Below are positions 1 through 13,459 of a stretch of 64,000 bases of DNA, one piece after another. Numbering within the stretch: position 1 is the first letter of the stretch; the number at the start of each line of letters is the position of its first letter. This stretch comes from Gracilinanus agilis. Its lineage: Eukaryota. The stretch spans positions 88,270,260 through 88,334,259 of the forward strand of contig NC_058132.1 in assembly GCF_016433145.1 (NCBI RefSeq). The letters are read 5' to 3'. The notes under the pieces were generated by a model. It did not search any database, had not been told where the DNA came from, and saw only the letters and a program-made list of their open reading frames with translations. The translations under genes were made by a program, and so were the position numbers.

Positions 1-1022
1 AAAAGTAGGTTCAATTAGATCTAGAAAAGTTCATCTGATTTCATACTCTTTGAAGAAATATATGTGCCGTGTATCTTTAGATTTATTGTGGAGAATTATA
101 TTAACAATTTATAGAATATATTGTTATGAATTTGGATGTTTGTGCCAAGAATGTCTTTTCTTCATTTAAAATCTCTACCTGTTTCTTGAGAAAAAAATAA
201 ATTGCTTGATAGAGTTCAGCTGCCAAGCATCCTGATTTCCATAGCTGAAAAGTTTCTAAATGATTTGATGCAAAAGCATAAATCACTCTTGAAACATTTC
301 TGTTCAAGCAAGCTCAATAATGGTGTATTTAAAAGAGAAGTATGCTCTCAAATATCACCTCATTTGGGAAATTTTTCCTGATTTCCCTACTCCCCCCAAA
401 TAGAAGTGACTTTTCAGTCTCTGAGCTCCAATAGTACCTAATTTTATCTAGATTATGGCACAAGTCCCATTATATTTGTATTATCCTGTTGTAAGGACTA
501 CATTCCTTTGGGGGTAGTACTTGAATCATATTGTTCCGTGTAGCCTAGCAACACCTAGCAAAGTCTGTCGTGTATGTAGTATATTCCAAAAGAAAGGAAA
601 AGGAGAAAAAAAGGAATTCATACTGAAAAGACACAATGGGAAACTGAGTACCTTAGAAAGTATGGATCCCTTCAAAATGTGAGGGATTACTGAGTATTTT
701 AATTACTTTTATTGTATGCCCCAAAGTGATGCCTTATATATTTCTCCCTTCATCATAGTAAGGAAATTCTATGTGTGTATGTGTGTGAGAGAGACAGAGA
801 CAGAGACAGAGAGACAGAGAGACTGAAAGATACATGACATAAAAAATGATAAAAACCTTTGCCTTAAAAAAAAAAGTGTAAGATGGTAGAAAAACCCTTA
901 AATTGAAAGTTAGGAGACCCAGATTCTACTTACTTGATCTGTTACCAAATTCCAATATATACTTGGGTAGATTATTTCCCATCCATTGGCCTCAATTTCT
1001 CCATCTTGTTGTCCCCATCAAA

Positions 1023-1272
1023 AGCAGCTAGGTGGCACAATGAAAAGGGAATTGAACTTAAGAGTTCGAAGGCCTGAATTTTAATGCAGTCTCAGATACT
1101 AGCAATGTGACTGAGGTATCACTTAACATTTGTCTACCTCAGTTTCTTCTTCTACAAAAATGGGGATAATAATAGCATCTACTTCCCAGAGTTGTGACAA
1201 TTAGATACAATAATATTAGTAAAACACTTTTCAAACTTTAAAGTGCTATGAAAATGCTAGTTTTTATTATTA
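1023..1272 (+). mobile_element. MIR/Mar1 CORE-SINE (representative)
   Basis: GCAGCTAGGTGG head, CTCAGTTTC..AAAAATGGGGATAATAATAGCA core. Further MIR-type copies lie at about 5815-6010, 10350-10500, 11325-11580, 25400-25625, 37660-37880, 47270-47480, 53355-53830, 57450-57700, 60360-60560 and 62370-62640. Confidence 0.8.
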
Positions 1273-1369
1273 TCTATAAAACTAAGGGATAGATTACAGG
1301 ATCTTTAAATTCCAATCTACAGTAATAATTGACAGTTGCTATGTATGGGACTTCATTTGTTTTATTGTT

Positions 1370-1668
1370 TGTTTTTAATTTTTCAATTGATTAATTAAGA
1401 AAATTTTTCCATGGTTACATGATTCATATTCTTTCCCTCCCTTCCTTCCACCCCCCTCCCATAACCAATGTGCAATTCCACTGGGTCTTACATGTTTCAT
1501 TGATCAAGACCTATTTCCATATTATTGATATTTGCACTAGGGTGATCGATTAGAGTCTACATCCCCAATCACATCCCTATTGAATCATGTGATCAAGAAG
1601 TTGTTTTTCTTCTGTGTTTCTGCTCCCACAGCTCTTTCTCTGGATGTGGATAGCGTTCTTTCTCATAG
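1370..1668 (-). mobile_element. L1 3'UTR fragment
   Basis: Reverse complement of the same 3'UTR as 22683-23154. Further pieces lie at about 10245-10315 and 14674-14855. Confidence 0.88.
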
Positions 1669-3129
1669 GTGGGGCTTCATTTGTACAGGGAACTCCTTTC
1701 ACCAATGCAATTTGCCACTTTTTCTTCAATTTATGTTCTCAGAGTTTCCCAGAACACTTAAAGGCTAATAGACTTGCCCTGGGTCTTCCATAGCCAGTAT
1801 GAGTCAGAAGTAATACTTGATCTCCTGACCTCATGGTTGGCTCTCTATCCACACTATACCTCATGATTTCTTGACCTTTTAAGATTTGCAAAATACTTCC
1901 CAAACATTTTCTCGTTTAATTCTCACAATAACCCTGCTAGGTATAAAATATCACCTTACTTCATAGATAAAAAAAAACCAAAATTCATAAAGGTTAAGTG
2001 AATAACTTTTGGTCATATGGTTAGAAAATGTCAAAGGTCAAAGGTGGAATTAAATTTAACCATAATTTTCTGTTCTTATGACTTCAAACTAATTCATCTC
2101 TTCCACCATGCCACGATGCCATTCAGAAATTATAAATAAAATATATAATAAAAATTAAAAATGTAAATTTATAAACTATATTGATCATTTAGTAAAATAT
2201 AAACTAAATATTTTTAAAACAATATAAATGAATTACAAAATAAACACATAATTAAAATAATTAAAATTCATACTTACAAAATACTTTCCTCACAACAATA
2301 GGGAAATGTAATTATTAATACCCCAAAGGTTAAAAATGAGGAAACCCAGATCTCAGAGAGTTTGGGAGCTTGCCAGAGGTTTTATAGGTAATAAACAAAA
2401 GAGCTAGGATCTGAGCCAAAGTCCCCAATTTTGTGTCCCTATGTTCTTTGAAATATACTTACTGCCTTTATAAGGTTTATGATTCTTTCAATTGTTTCAA
2501 TAAGTGGATTGTCATTCAGAACTAAGGAATATTTTTCTTATTCAGAAGTTTTGTCAGAATTTGACCTCTACAATTGTACCTTTTTTCAAGATCCGCTAAG
2601 CTCTAGTTCAGAAGACTCGTGGAATGGAGAAGCTTGAGGTCCCCCTCCTTGATGCTGTCTTCACTGGTCTTTAAAGAATGTTCAAAATTGAAAAATACCT
2701 TGAAGAACTAAGCTAAGTCAAATGGCACAATGAATCTATGCATACAAGAGATAGTAAGATGAAATGTTTAATTTCAAAGTAAAATTATAATGTCTGCTTG
2801 TAATTAATTATTTGTATTTAATATGTATTTGCATGGACAGGAGAAATTATAGTGAATTATAAAAAAAGTTTTAAAACTCCCTCATCACAATTTATCTTTT
2901 GTCTTAGGTCAGCTATAGTGTTATTCCATAAGCCCTCTGTCTGTGATATCCCTAGAAATTTCTCTGAATTTTCTGGAGCTGGTTCTAATTATTAGCTTAT
3001 GAACTCTACCAGGAAAAGTTCATCATGGGGATTCTTCACTGGAAGAGTGAGAAAGGCCTCAAACCATTTCCTCCTGGTTCCCAGAAGTCCTGCTTCTTAG
3101 TCTTTAGTATCTAAAAAAAAGTACACTAC

Positions 3130-4125
3130 ATTCATAGCCTCTACTTCCACTCTTCTCTACTAGCTCATTTCTCATCTCTTCATGATCTGGCTTCCAACTT
3201 CTTCACTCAACTGAAACTGCTCCTCAAAATTTCTAATCATTACTTAATTGCAAAATCTAATTGCCTTTTCTCCATCTTTTAAAATTTTTATTCTCTAGGT
3301 CATTTTACACTATTGACCACTATCTTCTCCTGGATGTTCTCTAGGTTTTTATGATGTTGCTTTTTCTTGATTCTCTTCTCATCTGTCAGACAACTTCTTA
3401 GTTTTCTTGTGGGTCCATAATCTATATCACTCCCTCCCAACTGTGGGTATAGCCTAGGGTTTTATGCTGGACACTCTCTCCCTCTCTATTTCTCTCTCTC
3501 CCACTCTCTTCCACTCTCTCCCCTCATCAGTAATATGCTGATACCTCCAAGGACTAAATGTGCAGCTCTGGTCTTTCTCTTGGGCCACAATTATCAATCA
3601 CCAACTATCTCATCAACATTTTGAAGTAGATATTGTAAATTCAAAATGTCCCAAAGAGAACTCATTATTTTTTCTCCAAATTAACTCTTCTAAATTTCTC
3701 TTCTTCTAACTAGGGCATCTCCATTTTTCAAGTCATCTAGGATTGTAAACAGGTTATCGTCTTCCTTCAACTCCTCACATACTCTTCAGATCTATTCAGA
3801 GGACAAATCTTATCATTATGACTTCTATATCATCTTCTGTAATCATCTTCTCCTCCCTTTTCATGTGGGTGCCACTCTAGTTAAAATTCTGATCATCTCT
3901 TGCCTAGACATTCTAGTAGCCTCCTATTTTCCTCAGTTCTCTTCTGATTCCAATATATCTTTCACATAGCTGCTAGAGTGACTTTTTCTAATGTACATGT
4001 TGTCTCCCCTTGCTAAATTGTAAGTTCTTGGAAGACAAGTATACTTCTTTTATATCTGGGTCCCCAGTGCATAGCACATGATGAGGAAACAATAAATATT
4101 GATTCATTAATTGATTGAAAGATTG
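3130..4125 (+). mobile_element. L2 LINE 3' fragment
   Basis: L2 ORF2-type pyrimidine-rich sequence ending AATAAATATTGATTCATTAATTGATTGA. Other L2 pieces lie at about 7960-8460(-), 43308-43440(-), 61080-61840(+) and 63440-63930(+). Confidence 0.75.
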
Positions 4126-4742
4126 AAAAACAAGTCCACTTTCCATCTCCCTGTGCTCTTCAGGAATTTTATATCTTTTAAACTTATTTCACTGTTTTTC
4201 ACTTCCTTTCTCATATTGTAGAAGCTCAATTTGTAAAACCAGTCCTCATATGCTTCCACCTCTCTACTCATACTGGTCTTCTCTAGAAGTCCTCTAGACC
4301 CTTAGATTTTCCCCATTGTGAAGAAGTAGGGCAGAGACCATACCTTTACACAGTTTCCTGATTGCATTCTCACACACCAAGAATGAGTCTAAATAATATA
4401 TTTCCCATATGAATCTAACCCCTTTATAAGTTATTAGAGATCTTTCAACTAAAACAGAATATCCAGTCTAACATCATTGCCATATTTTGGGAGAACAAGT
4501 TCAGGAAGATTTCCACATTTGTGAAATGAATTAATTGGATGTGGGTCCTTAAAATTTCTTCTATAAATTCAACAATTCTTTAAGTTCACTTTGTGGTTGT
4601 GACAAAGGTGGTGGCCTTTTATTTATCTCAAATTAGCATCCTTTTGGATCCAATGTGCCCATCCTCATTTTGACATGGTATCTAAGGTTGTGGAGAATGA
4701 GTTTCTATCTTCTCTATTCCCTGATGTTTCCATTTTATAATT

Positions 4743-5681
4743 CTAAGATTTTTGGAAGATTTTTAGAATTCCACGACGTATCTCCTTGGTCTTGACACTG
4801 TAGATGATGGGATTGAGCATGGGAGGCACAAAGAGATAAACATTGGACATCATGACGTGGACTACAGGCGGAGCCTTCTTCCAGAAGCGGTGGATCATAG
4901 AGACAGCGATGATGGGCACGTAAAAGGCCAGAACTGCACAGATGTGGGAAATGCAGGTGTTGAGTGCCTTGAGTCTCTGTTCCTGGGAGGCAATGGCTAG
5001 TACAGCCTTCAAGATGAGAGCGTAAGATAGGAGGATGAAGGTTGAGTCAACGCCATAGGTAAAGATGACCACAAAAAGCCCATAGACGTTGTTAACATGG
5101 ATGTCTCCACATGCAACCTTCATAAGGTCAGGATGGAGGCAGTAGGAATGATGCAGAACATTTCCCTTGCAGAAAGGCAACCGCTTCACCAGGAAGGGAA
5201 AAGGGAAGAGAGTGACAAAGCTTTTTGCAAGGATGGCCAAGCCCATGACCACGATACGGGTGTTAGTGAGGATGGTAGCGTAGCGCAATGGGTTACAGAT
5301 GGCCACGAAACGGTCAAAGCTCATAGCCAGCAGGATCCCAGACTCCATGAAAGAGAAGGTATGTATGAAGAACATCTGGACCAGACAGGCATCAAAGCCA
5401 ACCTCACGGTAGTTGAAGCAAAAAGTACCCAGCATAGTGGGCAACGTAGATAGGGAGACACCTAGGTCATTGAGGGAGAGCATAGATAGGAAGTAGTACA
5501 TTGGCTGATGCAGGGCAGTCTCTCGCACCACAAGGCCTAGGATGGCAAGGTTGCCCCCAATGGAGATCAGGTAGAGCAGGCAGAAGATGAGAGCTACCCA
5601 CCCTTCTCCAGTCTCCAGACCTGGGATGCCTGTCAGCTGCAACTTGTCTGGTTGGAAGTGAGAGTCATTGAAATGCCACAT
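4743..5681 (-). CDS. OR51I1: Class I olfactory receptor, OR51I1 ortholog, intact, 312 aa
   Basis: The ORF track starts at a GTG (5744); the real start is taken as the ATG at 5681 (MWHFNDS, N-glycosylation sequon NDS). OR motifs LHQPMY, MSFDRFVAICNPLRY, KALNTC, PPMLNPIIYS are present. Long stretches (LPFCKGNVLHHSYCLHPDLMKVACGDIHVNN, SQEQRLKALNTC, VHVMMSNVYLFVPPMLNPIIYSVKTKEIR) match human OR51I1 as I recall it. Confidence 0.92.
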   Translation of the reverse strand: MWHFNDSHFQPDKLQLTGIPGLETGEGWVALIFCLLYLISIGGNLAILGLVVRETALHQPMYYFLSMLSLNDLGVSLSTLPTMLGTFCFNYREVGFDACLVQMFFIHTFSFMESGILLAMSFDRFVAICNPLRYATILTNTRIVVMGLAILAKSFVTLFPFPFLVKRLPFCKGNVLHHSYCLHPDLMKVACGDIHVNNVYGLFVVIFTYGVDSTFILLSYALILKAVLAIASQEQRLKALNTCISHICAVLAFYVPIIAVSMIHRFWKKAPPVVHVMMSNVYLFVPPMLNPIIYSVKTKEIRRGILKIFQKS

Positions 5682-6013
5682 GGTAGAATTCCACTTGGAA
5701 TGGGGAGGGTACACAGATGTTTTGGGCCCTGTTTTCAGCCTCACTCTCTTCTAGCTCCTGTCTCCAAATACAAAAGGAATATAGAGTTAACAGGACATGA
5801 GGTAATCTGACAGTTAGAACATAGGTTCTGGAATCAGAGAGATTTGAGTTCAAATTTAGACTCAGATACTTAAGAGCTTGAATAAATCATTTTTACTTCT
5901 CTCTCTCTATCTCAGTTGCCTCATTTGTAAAATGGAGATAGTAATAGCATCTATCTCCAAGGGTTGTTGTGAGGTTAAAATAAGATAAAGTAGTTTTCAA
6001 ATTTAACACCATA

Positions 6014-6695
6014 TAGGCATTCTTTGGAGATATTGCAAGTTTGCTTCTAGACTAACCCCAATAAACATGTCTAAAAAAATACAATGTACTTACCTTCATT
6101 AAAAACACTTTTTATTGATAAAAAATGCTAACCATCATGGGAGCCTTCAGCAAGTCACAATCTTTTGGCAGGTGGAAGGTCTTGTCTCGATGTTGATGCC
6201 TGCTGACTAATCAGGACGGGGGCTGCTGAAGATTGGGGTGGCTGTGACGATTTCACAAAATAAGACAACAATAAAGTTTTCCTCCATGGACTCTTTCTTT
6301 CATTTGAACACTTAGAGGCTATTGTATTGTTATTGACTGGCCTTATAATTTCCATATGGTTGTGTTTCAGGGAATAAGGAGGGCAGAGGAGAAGGAAAGA
6401 GTTGTGGAATTGCCAGTTGGTGGAGCAGTGAGAATATACACAAATTTATTTATTAAGTTCACTCTCTCATATGGACGAGGTTCGTGGTGCTAGAAATTAT
6501 AATATTAACATCAAAGATTACTGATCACAGATGACAATAATAAATAGAATAATAATGATAATGAAAAAGTTTAAAATATTTCAAGAATTAAAAGATATGT
6601 CACAGCAAAGCCACAAATCTTCAATTTATTTTTTAAAAATGCATTATCTGTGCAGCTCAATAAAATGAAGCACCATAATATGAGATATACCTCTG
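6014..6695 (+). mobile_element. Tigger1-like (TcMar) internal-deletion derivative
   Basis: Both ends and the interior (AAAAATGCTAACCATCAT..GAGCCTTCAGC, GCCACAAATCTTCAATTT, terminal GAGATATACC) resemble Tigger1 as recalled. A TA precedes the left end. Confidence 0.7.
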
Positions 6696-7379
6696 TGTGT
6701 ATGGAGGGCAGGAATGTGTATGTATTGCATCTTATTATTACAGTCAGGTAATTCCATGATCTGGGACAGTGGGGAGCAGGCACAACAAAAACTCTCAAGC
6801 CTTACTTAAATATGGCTGTTGTACTTCCTCCCCCAACACATACTTGGAACTTCTGTGGGAAGACACTTGTCATAATCACGGGATATTGTATTCTTCCAGT
6901 TTAAAGACTATTATAGTATTCTGTGCAGGCTTTCCTTTAGATTCTAGAGACAAGGGAGGAGAAGAAGGTTCAAAAGTACACTTCAGTATAAGAATCTCCA
7001 AAGGATAGTAAATCTCTAAAGGATAGTATAGCTCAAGTTTTTATCAGTGTCTGCTATACTTCAGAACCTAATTAAGCCAGTCATTAGATTCTCTTATACT
7101 ATTATCAAAGTTAAAAATGGACCAGTCTCTTTCCCCAACATAGGGTAAGTTAAAAATCCATATTCTTTGTCTTTAAATAAGCACAACAATCTTTTTCTTT
7201 GCCTCCTATATAAGTCCTTAATATATCTTCCACAATGGTTATGCCAAATCTCTCCCAAAGTTGCCCTTATCCAAAAAATAACTTTTTCTCTTATTTAAGA
7301 AAACTTTTGATGAACTAACCAAAGTTCCTTCTGTTCTTTTTCCCCATGTCTAAATCTTTATATCTTTTCATTAAAAAAA

Positions 7380-7568
7380 ATGCTTCCCTTGTGGCTTAGA
7401 ATCAATGCTGTATATTGATTCCAAGGCCAAAGAGTGTTAGGACTAGGCAATGATGGTTAAATGACTTGCCCAGGTCACATAGCTTGGAAGTATTTGGAGT
7501 CAAATTTGAACCCAGGACCTCCTGTCTCCAGGCCTAACTCTCAATCCACTGAGCTACCTCACTTCCCA
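7380..7568 (-). mobile_element. Older SINE1/CORE-SINE copy
   Basis: Same head and core as the young copies, with the long tail variant. Similar older copies lie at about 8908-9091(-), 45294-45490(+), 46000-46134(-), 51227-51412(-) and 60877-61080(-). Confidence 0.8.
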
Positions 7569-9772
7569 GTCTTATATCTTTTCTAAAACTATTTGGTTTC
7601 CCTCCTATCTAAAAGATTTTTCTTACTAAGACCAATAATGTTTATATTTGCCTTTTATCCCATCATTCCCTGCTCCCTTCTCCAGATCCTTGTTCCATTA
7701 ATCATCACATTGCTGTCATATATCTGCAGTCTCTAATTTTCCACTGACTTGGTCTCATTGTCTACAAATATTTTCAGTGTGACCTAAATCTTTGTCTCTT
7801 AGCCTCTTCTGTCTCCTGACCTTCAGACCTGCATCCCTAGCTCTCTGGTGGGCAGATCTATTTGCCATACCATAACCTCCTCAATTAGTTCAATAGTAGT
7901 TCTTACTAAGGCAGAAATTTTACAATAGGTATTTAAGATAAAAGCATTAGGGAACTCCAAACAAAATGGTACATCTAAGAGGGAAGGTAGATTAAGATAA
8001 GGGGGAAAAAAGGGAAGGTAGATTGAAATAAGGAAAAACTTATTGGTGGAAGGAACATTGGAATTTGCCTTTAGAAATGGGAGAAAATCTAATTGACAGA
8101 GAGGAAGGTAGGTAAGCATTCAAGAACACAGGGATCCTTTGCTTGAGCCAAAAAGAAAGCATGGCTGAAAGCAAAAACATGTTTGAGTATGAAGAATTGT
8201 CTAGTTTAGCTACAGTGTAGAGCATGTAATGAAAAGTAAGAGGAAATGAAGATGAGGAGGTAGGGTGGCCTTCAATGCCAGGTGAAGCAGTTTTACATTT
8301 TCTTTATATCCAAGAGGAAAAAACTGAAAATTTGATATCAGAAGGATGCCAGGACTAAATCCATGCTTAAGGTTTTTGTTTTCTCTTGGAAACCTTCATA
8401 AAGTAGGAGTGGATAATGGAATCATGAAGACGCGTAAAGAAATTATTGCAATAGTCTAGGAATTTTCTAATGAGTCAATATGCATATAATGGTGGTGCAA
8501 ATATTAAGAGGCTCACTTTATAGATGAAGAAACTGAGTTTGAGGAAGGCTGAAATTTATCCAAGATTCCACATGTAAAAAATGGTGAAGCTAAGACTCAA
8601 ACTCAGGTGATCTGATGGCAACATCAGTGCTCTTTCCACTATTCCCCAAAACCCTTTTTCTGCACTCCCAACATTATGCCCCATGGCTAATTGTGCCCCT
8701 AGGCTATTTCTCTTATTGCACTATCAGCTTTATGCTTTTTATTTATGTTCACATCCCCTAGGATCTTGTCCTGGAACTCACAACATAAAAAGGCTGTTAG
8801 GATTTAATTTCTTAAATTTAATTTAACTAACTTAGTAAAATAAGGATTAGAATGGAAATTTGTGGTCTCATTCAATTCTGAAGTTCTATGTTCTTAAGGG
8901 TTTTTTTTAACCCTACCTTCTTTCTTAGAATGGGTAATGACTATGGATTCTAAGGCAAAGGACTCATATGGGTAATTGGAATTACGCGTTTTGCCCAGGG
9001 TCACACAGCTAGGAAGTGTCTGATGCCAGATTTGAATCCAGGCAATCCTGACTCCAAGCTTGGTACTCTGTCCCCTTAGACACTGGCTGCCCTTGTTCCT
9101 AACAAGGCTACTCTTAACAGGCACTCACAGAACAAAGACACATTAATAGAAAGCCCACATAAATTCAAACACAAAAGAATCCCAATCATATGTATTTACA
9201 TACATATGTGTGTATATATATGCATGTATATATATAACACACATACATAATATGTACATCTATAAACATACAGGTTTTTTTTTTTGGAAACTCAGTCAAA
9301 GGCATGCAAACATTCATGAAAATGAGTAACAATACAACTCAAAGTCACATTCACTGATGTGCAAATACATACAGAAACAAATATTTCCAAATCCTTCACA
9401 CATGAACATTTATATACACATAATTTTTTGTTTGTTTTTATAGCTTATGATTACCTGTTCTCATACCACAGCCATTTCCTCATATGGAACCCCACCTCTA
9501 ACTCCTGATGGATTCCCTCTTAATGAAAAAAAATTAAGTAAGACCAATAATGTAGAGACTGAGACTGAGAGCATATATAACCTCCCCAGCCCACTTCTAA
9601 CTCCTAAATCCCTTGTCTTTTTACCAAGAGGAAGAAGGAGCAGAGACTCACATTCACTCACCTCTCCCACCCTGGCCCCTGCAGGTGTGGTCCTCTTAAT
9701 GAAGGAGTTTAGAACGAATCAGATCAAGACTCTGGTATCTCACATTCAGACAGCTAGCTCCTTTTGGACTGT

Positions 9773-9808
<36 letters not shown>
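9773..9808 (+). repeat. (TTG)n microsatellite
   Basis: Visible. Other simple repeats: (TG)n 19507-19572 and 35354-35410, (CAT/CAC)n 22434-22510, (TTC)n 30636-30705, (CA)n 41321-41368, (AAT)n 42770-42803. Confidence 0.95.
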
Positions 9809-10000
9809 TTGGTAGGTGTGGGTCAGGGTTAAGACTGATACTAGATAGAGGTTCTAAGGTTTAGGATCAAGGTCTGGGATGGAGCAAGAGTTAGGATTAA
9901 AGTTTGGGTCAGGATGGTGATTGAATCTAAAGCCCTGGATAAGGCTCTGAGTCTGGTTTGGGTTCAAGACTTGGATGGGATCCCTAGGAGTGAGGGATTC

Positions 10001-10165
10001 ACTCACTGGATTGTGAGAGGAGCTGTTTTCTCCTGCATGGAGAGAGCCAGCAGAGTGGCTACTCCTTACTTGGAAGTCCAGTATTTATAGAACCTTTATA
10101 GTGCCCTAAGGATAAAATGTGGGAATGGAAGAAGAGCTCCCAAGGGATCAATTCCCTGGAGCAGT
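10001..10165 (-). promoter_or_regulatory. Candidate OR51I1 promoter / first non-coding exon
   Basis: Perfect O/E (EBF) palindrome TCCCAAGGGA (10138-10147), O/E-like TTCCCTGGAG (10152-10161), minus-strand TATAAATA (10082-10089), and minus-strand donors GTGAGT at 10001-10006 and AG|GTGAGT at 9656-9663. Confidence 0.55.
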
Positions 10166-13126
10166 CTGATATTTGGTGCCAGCATCAGCATTGACCCTTT
10201 CATGGCCACGAGTATGCAAGCATGGTTTCAAATACTCTGAGATAGATACACTGTGGTATAATCGAACATAATGGACTTCTCTACTAGCAGCAATGCAATG
10301 ATCCAGAGCAAGGCAAAAAACTGGCAATATTAACATACACACACATAATAGCTAGCATTTATATAGCACTTACTATGTGTCAGGTATTGTGTTAAGCACT
10401 TTGCAAGTATTATCTCATTTGATCTTTATAGCAACCCTTGAAGATGGGTAGATGTTATTTTTAACCCCATTTTATAGATGAGGAAACTGAGTCAAACAGC
10501 TTTCTCCCTGAATCAGCCCCTTCTCCATCTCCCTCTTGATTGTCTTGACTTTATTTTCTTCCAAACAAAATGCCAAGTGTCATACAGCTATATCAAATCC
10601 GAGGTTCAAGGCATGTTTCAGGTGTTAGTAAGCATCATCTCAAAACCAGAACTCATGGTTCCTTCCTTAAGTACTTTGTTTACTCCTAAGGGAGGAAAAT
10701 AGGAACCACAATTATTTTGTATCATCTTAACGTAGAAATCCTCCAACCACTGGTAATCTTGTAGTAGAAATTGAGAAGAAATAAAATGTAACAACTTGTT
10801 CAAAGACATAGTAAAACAGATGGTCTTGTTCACTGTTGTAACAACTTTTTGTAGTTCTTGGATGAGAGATGCTGAAGTCTCATCTAACTGGTTATTTCAG
10901 CTCCAAAGTTTTGTCTAAAAGAACAATTATAAGACAATTATTTTTAAAAAATGGATCACTTCCTCTTGTCTCCTACTGTTGAACAGGGAAAAATCACCTC
11001 ATTCTAATAAATTAACCTCAAGTCTGATTCCAGCTTCCTATCAGACTTGGGGTTAATTTTTTTTTCAACCCAACTATACTCTTTTTTTTTTTTTTTTGCT
11101 CTGCATCATTTCTAAAGAGCCTAGGGACTCCACTTAGGAAAAGTGCAATGGAGTTTTGTAAAGGCACAGTAATAAATGTCTTTTCAACCTTCATCATGCT
11201 CATGGCTGTCATGAAAATGAACCTGGAGTAAGACAGAAAATATCTGGTAGAACCCTTTGGAGTTGTCAGCTTCTAGTTTCTTTGTTATACATTTTTGTTT
11301 CATTCTACATATAGCATAGGTTTCTAGAATGCAGTCAGTAGTGGATATGACCAGAGCCTGGAAGTCCTAAATTCACATTTGACTTCAGATATTTTCTAGC
11401 TGTGTCACCCTGGGCAAGTCATTTAGCCTCTCTCTGCCTCAGTTTTCTTATCTGTAAAATGGGGGTGATGATAATAGCAGTTACCTCACATGATTGCTAC
11501 AAGGATGGGATAATATTTTTAAAACACTTAGCATAGTGCATGGCACAGCAGACATCCAATAAATACTCTCATTATCAGTCTTTTATCTAACAGCAATAAA
11601 ATTGCAAGTTTCCAATGGGAACATTAGCACCCTATTGGTGGAGCTATGAACAGATGCAATCTTTCTGGAGAACAATCTGAGTTCAGCTTACTATCCAATA
11701 GTGCACATTGATCTTTATTTAATGTAATAGTAATGAAAATATCAAAGAGTATCATTTTAGAAATGGATTAGTCACAATATTGATTTGGAAAAAATGAACT
11801 GGCAATAATGCAAAGTTAAAGGAAAAACAAAAAACAAACAAAAAACCTAATGAAAATTGACAGCATTTTTCAACAGTTTTTTCAGCATGAAATGTATCTG
11901 TTAGTAAGGAGAAAAAAAACAGAGAAATAGCTCACTGTAATAGAAAAGATGAAGCAGACTTCCTATCAAATATATACAAATAGCATGTGATATACCAAGA
12001 GAAAATAAAAATGGGAGAAAGCATCCTTAATTTAACAATATGCTTGGAAAAAATGGAAAACATTTGGGCAGAAAGTGGATTTCATCCCCCCCCATACATA
12101 TCATATACTTCAGTGAATTATAATTCAATGATAGATGAACTATACAAATTATAGAAAAAAAGAACAAAGTTCTTTAATTTATTAGAGTGAGAAATATCTA
12201 TTTTTCTATTTGGTCAAGAAGCAAGTCAAAGCATTTATGAAATATTTACTATAGGCATGCTACATTGGGGCTGTTAGGGCTCATGTTCTAATTGAGTACA
12301 AACATAACACACAAATGTTACAGGGAGGTGAGCATTCTCAGCATGATGCACAGCTAATATAATGTTTCTTAGTGGAAGAAGCTGGAAACCTCTTCTGGAA
12401 AACTGTAATGACATGTACTGGAAGGACCTTGCTTCTGAGTTTGGAGAATGTGCAGAATTCTATACATGATTCTAGTCTGATAACCACATCAAAAAGATAG
12501 ACTACTGTATTGGAACTTGGAGTTCTCTCAAAGGAAGTAACCAGTCAAAGGAAGACTTTGTCTCTTTACTAACTAATACTGTCTGAGTTCAGAGGCAAGA
12601 TCTATTATAAGCCTCCAATAGTAATTAAGGTCTGAAAACTCTACATTTGAGTTGCTACTGCATCTCACATGAACAAATGACTCTTGTTATTTCTGTCTTC
12701 TGTTGTCTATTTTTTTTCTGGGTTTTAGGTGGAAAAATAAAGATGGTATACAAGATCGGGAACTTTAAGAGGTCTGAATGGAGAGCCCACTAGATATCTG
12801 GAAGGGAGAGCCTTTGCCAAGTTTTCTGGAAAGTCTAAAAAATGATGAGTGAAGTTTGAGGTGATCTGTTTGACCCAATGTATATAAAGGACTCAAGAGT
12901 TAGCTTCAGCAATTCATCCACCTATGTCTGTAATAATGGGTTCCAGGTAGATATTTTGATACTGGCATTTAATGCAGATTAGTTTAATGGAATAAAAATC
13001 CCAAATGTCTTCTTGGGTTCTATTAATAGAATCATAGACCAATACAAGCAATAACTATAGCTTTTGAGGTAGTCCAACCTCTTCATTTTACATATGAGAG
13101 AATTTAATAGGCAACATGCTATAGAG

Positions 13127-13459
13127 CAGTGGTTCCCAAAGTGGGCGCCACCGCCCCCTGGTGGGTGTTGCAGTAATCCAGGGAGGCAGTGATGGCCACA
13201 GGTGCATTTGGGATTTTGAATGTTTTAACTTTTTTTGTATTACATTCTATTCTGAGTTCAATAAATAGTTTCATAATTTCAAAGTTGAATGTTTCTAATT
13301 TACGCCTGTATTATATTTTACACAAAAGGTAGAAACATTAATACAGATATGTTTCCTATTAATTGCTATTAAAATTTAAAAAAAATAATTTCCAGGGGGT
13401 GCTAAGTAATATTTTTTCTGGAAAGGGGGCGGTAAGCAAAAAAAGTTTGGGAACCACTG
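13127..13459 (+). mobile_element. hAT (Charlie-type) MITE, family A copy 1, 333 bp
   Basis: 14-bp TIRs CAGTGGTTCCCAAA/TTTGGGAACCACTG. The 8-bp flanks CTATAGAG/GTATAGGG match at 6/8. Confidence 0.9.

Noticed and set aside
5097-5453. Antisense or alternate-frame ORFs over OR genes (also 21146-21472, 21207-21731, 21747-22112, 58768-58989)
   Set aside because: By-products of OR codon usage, with no independent signals.
13165-13176. CTCF upstream (M2/U) motif TGCAG next to the core in family A
   Set aside because: Only 3 bp separate it from the core, shorter than the spacing I recall for the bipartite site.
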